Of a stretch of 28,171 bases of DNA, positions 7,760 to 14,047 are shown piece after piece (within the stretch, counting starts at the first letter, position 1; each line of letters begins with the position of its first letter). The translations under genes were made by a program, and so were the position numbers. The notes below the pieces were generated by a model. It was not told where the DNA came from. It searched no databases and worked only from the letters and a program-made list of their open reading frames with translations. The DNA is from a virus (Duplodnaviria; Caudoviricetes), in the IMG/VR virus record IMGVR_UViG_3300032305_001698, positions 1-28,171 of that record; one strand, 5' to 3'.

Positions 7760-8434
7760 ATGCTTACACACCTAGTGCTTGAAAGCCGTAACGGCAAAAC
7801 AGGCCCGATACCTGTTTCCACATCCAGCAAGGCAACCTGCCCGGCTTCCTGCCCGCTGTATGCCAAGGGCTGCTATGCCGGGGGCGGACCGCTTGCCATG
7901 CATTGGCGCGCCGTGACCAATGGTGAGCGTGGCGACACATGGCCCGTGTTTGTCAGCAAGATTGCGGCATTGCCCGATGGTCAATTGTGGCGACACAATC
8001 AAGCGGGCGATTTGCCTGGCGCTGATAGCAAGATTGACCGCAAGGCTTTGTTGGCGCTTGCCAAGGCCAATGAAGGCAAGCGGGGCTTCACCTATACCCA
8101 CAAGCCTATGACTAAGGCCAATGTTACCACGATTACCATGGTCAATAGCCTAGGCTTTACCGTCAACCTGTCAGCAAACACTCTTGCCGATGCCGATAGG
8201 CTTGCCGATACAAAAGCCGGTCCGGTGGTGGTGGTGCTAGATGCCGCTGAGGGAGTTCGCCATACTGTCACCACGCCGGCCGGGCGTACGGTTGAAACCT
8301 GCCCGGCGACATACCGCGATGATGTGTCATGCGCGACTTGCCAACTATGCCAGCGTGTAGACCGTAAAGTCATTGTGGGCTTTCCCGCCCATGGCGTGAG
8401 TAAGAAGGCCGCCGCGGCAATTGCGCGGGGCTGA
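7760..8434 (+). CDS. Cys-rich phage protein (DUF7227/GP88-like), probable metal or Fe-S binding (224 aa)
   Basis: N-terminal TCPASCPLYAKGCYA, RHNQAGD, YTH, NLSA and C-terminal CPAT...CATCQLC...FPAHG motifs; family name from recall only. Confidence 0.7.
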   Translation: MLTHLVLESRNGKTGPIPVSTSSKATCPASCPLYAKGCYAGGGPLAMHWRAVTNGERGDTWPVFVSKIAALPDGQLWRHNQAGDLPGADSKIDRKALLALAKANEGKRGFTYTHKPMTKANVTTITMVNSLGFTVNLSANTLADADRLADTKAGPVVVVLDAAEGVRHTVTTPAGRTVETCPATYRDDVSCATCQLCQRVDRKVIVGFPAHGVSKKAAAAIARG

Positions 8435-8515
8435 CAATCCGGCAGGGCGGCATCGCTTGTGCGGTGTGCGCTCTTCCCGATTGCCATGCTGGCATCGATA
8501 ACAGGGGATAGAACA

Positions 8516-8755
8516 ATGACACATATTGAAGCCCGCGCGGAATTGCGCGAATTGATTCAAGCCCGCGCATCATGGGAGCGCGCCAGGCATTTGTGGGCGC
8601 ATGGCCTTGTTGGAGATGCGGCATTCAATCGCTTCGAACGGCTTTGGGCGTGGTCTACTGCCACTGAGCACCCGTTAACGCGACATGCCAGCCTAGACCG
8701 CTGGATAAGCCGCCGGGACCGTATCCGCAACGCATTGCGCGCCATTGGCGCATAA
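8516..8755 (+). CDS. Hypothetical Arg/Trp-rich protein (79 aa)
   Basis: ATG 8516 after AGGGGATAGAACA. Confidence 0.7.
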   Translation: MTHIEARAELRELIQARASWERARHLWAHGLVGDAAFNRFERLWAWSTATEHPLTRHASLDRWISRRDRIRNALRAIGA

Positions 8756-8767
8756 GGGGGCAGCACA

Positions 8768-8851
8768 ATGACCATACTCAAAACCCTGGCCGAGGGGCTG
8801 GCGTTTCTCGTGCTGCTGGCGGGAACCTGTTTCTTGGTGGTGGTGCTATGA
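8768..8851 (+). CDS. 27-aa single-pass membrane peptide
   Basis: Not in ORF track. AAGGGGG SD; MTILKTLAEGLAFLVLLAGTCFLVVVL; ATGA overlap with the next gene. Confidence 0.7.
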   Translation: MTILKTLAEGLAFLVLLAGTCFLVVVL

Positions 8852-9147
8852 GAAACGCCAGCAAACCGCAGCTTCACGCTAAAGATGCGCGCAATAGACC
8901 GGACATTATGGCGGCGGTGCGCGCCGGCTATCATGATGCTCTGGCCGGTCTAGGCTACCGCGCGGAGTATGAGACAATGAAAGCATACCAGCAGCGCAAC
9001 TATACAAGCGGGCGGCTTATGGCGATCGAATTGCTCACCAAGCGCACCAAGCCCCCCGCCTGGCCGGATAGCGTGAAGCTCCCGCGCCGGATCGAGGCTA
9101 TCGCGCAAGATGTGGCGCAGTCTTTTGTGCGGCAACCGCCCGCGTGA
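8848..9147 (+). CDS. Hypothetical protein (99 aa)
   Basis: ORF track; translationally coupled to the upstream peptide. Confidence 0.7.
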   Translation: MRNASKPQLHAKDARNRPDIMAAVRAGYHDALAGLGYRAEYETMKAYQQRNYTSGRLMAIELLTKRTKPPAWPDSVKLPRRIEAIAQDVAQSFVRQPPA

Positions 9148-9229
9148 TACTCCCCGCGCGCAAAATCCTGATAACGGCGGCCGGGCTGGCGATAGCGTCA
9201 TGCCTGGCCGGCATCTATTTGAGGCTCCG

Positions 9230-9862
9230 ATGATCGAAACGAAATTGCTCACCGCAATGGATTGGGTAGCGCCTGCTATGTGGGCACCGCTGCTGCAAGA
9301 GCATATGGCTCGCGCGGGAATGACGGGCAAACCGATCCGCGCGGCGATGGCACTGGCCAATTTTGGGCATGAGACCAATGGCGGGCGGCGCTTGATTGAG
9401 AGCCTGGACTACAACCCTGACCGCCTGGCGGCCGTGTTTGGCGCTCGCGCCACCACGCGGGCGCTTGATGCCTGTAGGCGTGTCGGACACCCAGCGGACC
9501 AAAAGACAATCGCCGAGGAAGTCTATGGCGGCGATTGGGGGCAGCGCAACCTTGGCAACAAATTGCCGGGCGATGGCTGGACATATCGCGGGCGGGGCTT
9601 GATCCAGCTTACGGGGCGGTGGTCCTACGTGCGCGTGGCCGGCGTGCTGCAACGGGAATTGACCGACGAATGGGTGGAAAGCATCGGCACGCCGGCCGGC
9701 GCGGCAGAGAGTGCCTGCATTTGGTGGTCCCGTATGGGGCTGAATGACCTGGCGGATCGGGGAGACCTAGGCAGGGTCCGCAAGGCAGTGAATGGCGGCC
9801 ATGTCGGGCTTGATGACGTGAAGCGCCGCTATGAACTGGCCCGCGCACTGCTTGTGGGGTAG
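9230..9862 (+). CDS. Glycoside hydrolase family 19 endolysin (210 aa)
   Basis: GHETNG, GDGWTYRGRGLIQLTGR and VNGGHVGL motifs; GAGG SD before ATG 9230. Confidence 0.9.
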   Translation: MIETKLLTAMDWVAPAMWAPLLQEHMARAGMTGKPIRAAMALANFGHETNGGRRLIESLDYNPDRLAAVFGARATTRALDACRRVGHPADQKTIAEEVYGGDWGQRNLGNKLPGDGWTYRGRGLIQLTGRWSYVRVAGVLQRELTDEWVESIGTPAGAAESACIWWSRMGLNDLADRGDLGRVRKAVNGGHVGLDDVKRRYELARALLVG

Positions 9863-10001
9863 TGTGCACGCTTGCATGCAACCGTCTCGCCCGTCACAAC
9901 CGGAGCAACCCGTCACACTAGCGTCGCGCCATTTCCCTAGGCTTTCCAAGGCTTTCCGCGCCTGAACCCCTGCCAACAAGCACGCCATTCCCCCCTTGCA
10001 T

Positions 10002-10040
10002 CCCCCCTATTATTGGCCCGTCAGGGCTAAAATAGGGGGG
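10002..10040. repeat. Inverted repeat / long hairpin in convergent intergenic region
   Basis: CCCCCCTATT...GGCCC-GTCA-GGGCT...AATAGGGGGG. Confidence 0.7.
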
Positions 10041-10119
10041 TTGTAGGCTTGACGCATTGCGGATGCCTGACGTGATACGCAAGGCCCACGATAGGCGTAG
10101 ATACATAGATATTTAGATA

Positions 10120-10135
10120 GCAAGAACCGTGCCAA
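10120..10135 (-). promoter_or_regulatory. sigma54 -24/-12 motif (tandem copy 1)
   Basis: Minus strand TTGGCACGGTTCTTGC(T). Confidence 0.65.
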
Positions 10136-10183
10136 GCGTGGGCATGCAAAGGGGCTTCCATGAATGACCAGAAAAGCCCCTAT

Positions 10184-10199
10184 GCAAGAACCGTGCCAA
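10184..10199 (-). promoter_or_regulatory. sigma54 -24/-12 motif (tandem copy 2)
   Basis: Identical 16-mer TTGGCACGGTTCTTGC(A), 64 bp from copy 1, abutting the methylase stop. Confidence 0.65.
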
Positions 10200-10742
10200 C
10201 TATGGGTTTGCCGCAAAGAAAGCCCGCGCAAAGCCTTCTGGGGTCACACTGCGAAGCGCGGCCCTGTCAGGGCTGGGGCTGAACTTGATGATTTTAGACC
10301 CCTCGGTGGCTTCCACCGGCCGCTTGGGGGGCGGCGTGAAATGCCCCCAGAGCAATGTGCGCTTTGTATAGGGGTCGCCATATTCGGAAGGGTCAAAAGC
10401 CATGCGAGGCTCGCCTAGGTATCGCTTCAATCGCCCGATAGGATTCTCCAAGCACCACCATTGCGGGCGGTGCACGGCGATGATCCGCATACAGGCGTCA
10501 ACCACCGCCAGGCCCTCTAGAATGGCCGCCTCGCCCTTGCTTTCCCAATACCGCGCGCCGCTGCTGGCGAAATGGGTGCATGGCGGGGCTGCTAGAACCC
10601 CGCGCACTGGAAACGGCAATGCTTCGAATAGCCGAACATCGCCGCCCCGCTTTATATCCACCTTCACCACGTCATATCCGGCATCACGGTAGGGCTGAGA
10701 CCATGACCCCGTGTAATCGCAGAGGCTCAAGATGGTCATCAT
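10200..10742 (-). CDS. Compact C5-cytosine DNA methyltransferase (180 aa)
   Basis: Motif I-like LSLCDYTGSW, motif IV AAPPCTHF, motif VI ENP, terminal RSVTPEGFARAF. Confidence 0.8.
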   Translation of the reverse strand: MMTILSLCDYTGSWSQPYRDAGYDVVKVDIKRGGDVRLFEALPFPVRGVLAAPPCTHFASSGARYWESKGEAAILEGLAVVDACMRIIAVHRPQWWCLENPIGRLKRYLGEPRMAFDPSEYGDPYTKRTLLWGHFTPPPKRPVEATEGSKIIKFSPSPDRAALRSVTPEGFARAFFAANP

Positions 10743-11458
10743 TGGTCGCGCTGCAATTTCTCAAGCCTGGCCCGCGCAGCCTCCGCATATGGCCCGCCAT
10801 TCGCCACCGCCTGCTGGTATCCGGCCATGAGAGAGGCGAGGCTCACGGGCGCTGCCCTATCACCACGCTCTGGCCTAGTGCGGTGCTCACGCTCGGCTAT
10901 GGCGGCCTTCATCTTGTCCACCATCTCCGCGCACCTGGCAGCTTCCGCGCGCCTATCAGCCTCAGAGAGCACCGGCTTAGGCATGGGCGGCGCTTCCGGT
11001 GGCTTGCGCCGCGCAATGCGCTCCATCGCCAGCACCTTGGAATACAGCCGATTAGCCTCCGGCTGCACTACCGCCAGAACCTCGCTTGCGGACGGCCAAA
11101 ATTTACTCGCGCGCGCCAGGTCTATCAGCGCATCCTCAGTGAAAGCCTGTGCCGGTATCCGCGCACAAGCCTTGGCTACCGCGGCAGCCCATACGGCCGC
11201 TTCCCGCGCGCTGGGAGGGTTGCTAAAGCCCGCGTGGATAGGTGCTACCCAGGACAGCACGAAAGGGCCTGTAGGCGGCGCAAAAGAGGCTCTAGCCTGT
11301 CTCGCGGCCCTGCCGGCCTCTTCTATCAGGGACGGGGCCAGAGCCTGCGCCGAGAAATCCCCCGGCGCGCTGGAAGCCTCCCGCCGCTGCTCCTCTGCCA
11401 CGGCCAGGCTCAGGGGCTGCGAAAGCTGCGGCATACGCCTGATTACAATGTCACTCAT
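10739..11458 (-). CDS. Hypothetical protein, possible replication/helicase-loader partner (239 aa)
   Basis: Follows the initiator-like gene; SKFWPSASEV resembles the FxP motif of lambda P-type/loader proteins (inference). Confidence 0.6.
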   Translation of the reverse strand: MSDIVIRRMPQLSQPLSLAVAEEQRREASSAPGDFSAQALAPSLIEEAGRAARQARASFAPPTGPFVLSWVAPIHAGFSNPPSAREAAVWAAAVAKACARIPAQAFTEDALIDLARASKFWPSASEVLAVVQPEANRLYSKVLAMERIARRKPPEAPPMPKPVLSEADRRAEAARCAEMVDKMKAAIAEREHRTRPERGDRAAPVSLASLMAGYQQAVANGGPYAEAARARLEKLQRDQ

Positions 11459-11564
11459 TGTCCCAATCCTTCATCACTGCGCGCCAACTGGCAGCAACAA
11501 CAACCAGCCCGGCTATCAGCGCGCCAATGCACCCGGCCACGAAAGCCCCTGCTATTGTCCACAT
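11451..11564 (-). CDS. 37-aa single-pass membrane peptide
   Basis: Not in ORF track. TGATG coupling; MWTIAGAFVAGCIGALIAGLVVVAASWRAVMKDWDNE. Confidence 0.7.
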   Translation of the reverse strand: MWTIAGAFVAGCIGALIAGLVVVAASWRAVMKDWDNE

Positions 11565-12046
11565 CAAAACATCTCCTCCGCGCTGCTTTCAACGATGGGC
11601 TGCACGCGGCGGGCTAGGTCCTCGCGATTGCCTACGGCCAAGTCTTTCGGCGCGAAAAGCCCGCTCCAGCCATTTTCTATGCTCTGCCGAATGATAGAAG
11701 CCGGGCAGCCGCCGCCAGCGTCCCAATAAGTGACCAGCCGCGCGATAGACAGTTTCTTGGCGTGCAGGGTCCATGCTTTTCCGCTCTTAGCCGTGCGGTA
11801 GGCGTCCCATTCCAGCCAGGCATCCATCGGGATAAAGGAAGGTATCTCAAGCGTGGCAACCGGCTTGGAAGCCTTCACGGCGGCCCTACGGGGCTGCACC
11901 GCGCTGCCAAAAACCTCGCCCTTCAAGCCTTCCTCAAGCAGTTTCCGGCCCACGCGGCTACGGGAATGCTCTGTGCGGCGGCATATCGCATCGATAGCCT
12001 CGGCCACTTCCACCGGCACGCGGATGGGGATTGTTATACTAGCCAT
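11564..12046 (-). CDS. Ribbon-helix-helix domain fused to phage replication-initiator-like C-terminal domain (160 aa)
   Basis: N-terminal TIPIRVPVEVAEAIDAICRRTEHSRSRVGRKLLEEGL is CopG/Arc-like; C-terminal WLEWDAYR...IIRQSIENGWSGLF is typical of phage replisome-organiser C-termini; GAAAGGA SD. Confidence 0.7.
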   Translation of the reverse strand: MASITIPIRVPVEVAEAIDAICRRTEHSRSRVGRKLLEEGLKGEVFGSAVQPRRAAVKASKPVATLEIPSFIPMDAWLEWDAYRTAKSGKAWTLHAKKLSIARLVTYWDAGGGCPASIIRQSIENGWSGLFAPKDLAVGNREDLARRVQPIVESSAEEMF

Positions 12047-12064
12047 TGTGTTGTTCCTTTCGGT

Positions 12065-12089
12065 TGTGTCGCATGCGACGTTTGTGACG
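12065..12089 (-). promoter_or_regulatory. Triple direct-repeat operator (9-bp period)
   Basis: Minus strand CGTCACA-AA-CGTCGCA-TG-CGACACA just upstream of the RHH gene RBS. Confidence 0.65.
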
Positions 12090-12108
12090 TAGGGTATTTT
12101 CGTGGGGC

Positions 12109-12137
12109 TTGCAAGGGGGGTTTGCGTAGGCCATTAT
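12109..12137 (+). promoter_or_regulatory. sigma70-type promoter for candidate sRNA
   Basis: TTGCAA-N17-CATTAT. Confidence 0.5.
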
Positions 12138-12143
12138 CTGGGT

Positions 12144-12221
12144 GCGGGTTCTCTCCTCCGCGGTCGTGTTCCTTTCCCAAGCTATCCAACTGCCCCGGCC
12201 TAACCGCTGGGGCTTTTTTTT
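12144..12221 (+). ncRNA. Candidate small regulatory RNA (~78 nt)
   Basis: Bounded by a promoter and an intrinsic terminator; no plausible ORF; carries anti-SD tracts CTCTCCTCC and GTCGTGTTCCTTTCCC. 5' end is estimated. Confidence 0.5.
12192..12221 (+). terminator. Rho-independent terminator
   Basis: GCCCCGGC-CTAACC-GCTGGGGC followed by T8. Confidence 0.85.
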
Positions 12222-12241
12222 GCCTTTGCGCATTTTCCCGC

Positions 12242-12269
12242 TTGACCGCGCTAAAACCGCGCTTAAAGT
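12242..12269 (+). promoter_or_regulatory. sigma70-type promoter of the recombination operon
   Basis: TTGACC-N16-TAAAGT; an inverted operator box TGTGTCG lies at 12271-12277. Confidence 0.6.
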
Positions 12270-12304
12270 GTGTGTCGCGCCATAACAGGAAAGGGACGCG
12301 CACA

Positions 12305-12526
12305 ATGGAAGAGGTTTTTTTCGGGAAAGTTATCGACTCCCACGATCATTGGACAGTGTATCTTGATATTGGAGATGACGTGGCAATCATCCAGGTTGTG
12401 ATGGAATATGAAAACGCGGAGATTATACGCGATACCATCTATCTCCCGATCGGCATCATGCCAGGTATAGCTAACGCCATTTCTAAGTATTTCGCGGGTA
12501 GCCGTAAGCTGGAGATCGTGACATGA
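12305..12526 (+). CDS. Hypothetical protein (73 aa)
   Basis: ATG 12305 after GGAAAGGGA; ATGA overlap with the next gene. The upstream extension in the ORF track is unlikely to be real. Confidence 0.7.
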   Translation: MEEVFFGKVIDSHDHWTVYLDIGDDVAIIQVVMEYENAEIIRDTIYLPIGIMPGIANAISKYFAGSRKLEIVT

Positions 12527-12894
12527 GCATTCCTGATTTCGGGGCTGAATTGGCCGAATACAAAAACCATCTGCTGAATGCGTACTATCGCGGCTTCGAT
12601 GATGCGGTGGAAAGCCTGGTGCATACGGCGCAGGAAAGAGCGTTGAAAGGCCAGCCTCAGCCTCAATTGCCGCTGCCACAGCCCAAGCCGCTCACTCAAT
12701 TGGAGCGCGAGTTTGCGCCGCGGCTTTGGACAAAAGTAGAGGATGACTTTCTGCGCGAAGCGTGGGGCACGATGCCGTTCCGAGAATTGAGCGTGACCTA
12801 CAAGCGCAGCCCTGCCGCCGTGCGGTTGAGGGGCAAGGTTCTGGGGCTGCCGCACATCCCCAAGAACTATCAATTTCCGGGGAGCAAGCCATGA
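12523..12894 (+). CDS. Myb/GcrA-like HTH protein (123 aa)
   Basis: WTKVEDDFLREAWGTMPFRELSVTYKRSPAAVRLRGKVLGL. Confidence 0.7.
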   Translation: MSIPDFGAELAEYKNHLLNAYYRGFDDAVESLVHTAQERALKGQPQPQLPLPQPKPLTQLEREFAPRLWTKVEDDFLREAWGTMPFRELSVTYKRSPAAVRLRGKVLGLPHIPKNYQFPGSKP

Positions 12895-13799
12895 GCGGCT
12901 TTAGCGCAGACGAGCGCCGCAGCGCCTGGTGGAGCACCGATAGCCGCCGCGCCGTGTCTGGCAAGGCTTTCGAGGTGGTGGCCGAGAAGGTGGGAAAGGC
13001 TGAGCGGCCTGACCTGAGCGAGGTGGAGGTGGTGCAGATGGGTCTCCGCATGGAAGCCACTATCGCCGCCTTCGCCAGCGAGGAACTAGGCGAGTTGAAG
13101 GCTCTGGGCGACGCTGTGGCTACCCACGCCAAGCACCCATGGATGAAGTCTCACGGCGACTATATGGCTGCCGATAACAGCTTCCTGGTGGAGTGCAAGA
13201 ACTACAACGCGCTGCATATCCACCAATACAGCGAACCTGGCGAGCCTGTCCGGGTGCCGAATGCCGATTGGGCGCAGTGCTGCCATGAGGCGGCGTGTTT
13301 CGGCGTTAACACCGTCTATCTGTGCATCCTGTTTGGCGGCCAACGGTTTCGGACCTTCCGGCTGGATTTCAGCGAGGACGAAAAGGACGGGCTGATCCGT
13401 CAAATGGCAAAGCTGTGGGCGATGGCGCAGACGGGCCAGATGCCTGACCCTGAGACGGTGGCGCAGTGCAAGACGGCCTACCCTGTTAGCACTGAGGGCA
13501 TTGCCACGGCCTCTCTGGAGCTTGAGCAGGCGGCTAAGCGCCTTGCCGGCATCAAGGCGTCCATCAAAGCCTTTGAAGCCGAGGAAGACCGCTTACAGAC
13601 GGCTATACAGCGTGCCATGGGCGATAACGCCGAGATGCACACGTTGGACGGCAGAACACTGGTGACATGGAAAAGCGCGAAGGCTTCCAAGCGTTTTAGT
13701 GCCGACCTTTTCCGGTCCGCATACCCAGACATCTACGAACAATTCGTGGTGGAACAGCCGGGCAGCCGGCGATTTCTTTTGAAGGAGAAAGCAGAATGA
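12891..13799 (+). CDS. YqaJ-like (lambda exonuclease family) recombination nuclease (302 aa)
   Basis: ATG 12891; MGLRME, HPWMKSHGD, LVECK and AQCCHE motifs; coiled-coil C-terminus ending GSRRFLLK. Confidence 0.85.
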   Translation: MSGFSADERRSAWWSTDSRRAVSGKAFEVVAEKVGKAERPDLSEVEVVQMGLRMEATIAAFASEELGELKALGDAVATHAKHPWMKSHGDYMAADNSFLVECKNYNALHIHQYSEPGEPVRVPNADWAQCCHEAACFGVNTVYLCILFGGQRFRTFRLDFSEDEKDGLIRQMAKLWAMAQTGQMPDPETVAQCKTAYPVSTEGIATASLELEQAAKRLAGIKASIKAFEAEEDRLQTAIQRAMGDNAEMHTLDGRTLVTWKSAKASKRFSADLFRSAYPDIYEQFVVEQPGSRRFLLKEKAE

Positions 13800-14047
13800 C
13801 TACCGATTGGAAAGACTGGCGCGTGGCCGACACCGACATCAACAAGCGCGTGAAGACCGTGCTCATGGCTAACGATCCGGCCATGACCTGGCAGGATGTG
13901 CTCGGCATGAGCGAGCGTGACCTGAGCGCGCTGCCGCATATGGGCAAGACCAACCGCGCCCACTTGCTGGACATCCTGCGCGATGGCGTGGCCGGCAAGC
14001 TGGTGAAGTGCAACCGCACATTAGGGGAGGTGATCGGCGATGAGTAA
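13796..14047 (+). CDS. Stand-alone RNA polymerase alpha-CTD-like (HhH) protein (83 aa)
   Basis: INKRVKTVL...TWQDVLGMSERDLSALPHMGKTNRAHLLDIL follows the alpha-CTD pattern (LxxRxxNxL...DL...ExELLxxPNxGKKS..EI). Confidence 0.65.
   Translation: MTTDWKDWRVADTDINKRVKTVLMANDPAMTWQDVLGMSERDLSALPHMGKTNRAHLLDILRDGVAGKLVKCNRTLGEVIGDE

Noticed and set aside
9918-10106. 62-aa minus-strand ORF starting near a predicted sigma54 TSS
   Set aside because: No SD, runs through inverted repeats and has no protein-like features; a leaderless peptide cannot be fully excluded.
12144-12221. tRNA or attP remnant
   Set aside because: No cloverleaf or T-loop consensus, and no integrase in the window.
10580-12304. Plus-strand ORFs 10580-11617, 10827-11729 and the 5' extension of 11762-12526
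   Set aside because: Overlap the coupled minus-strand replication operon or cross a terminator; low-information translations.
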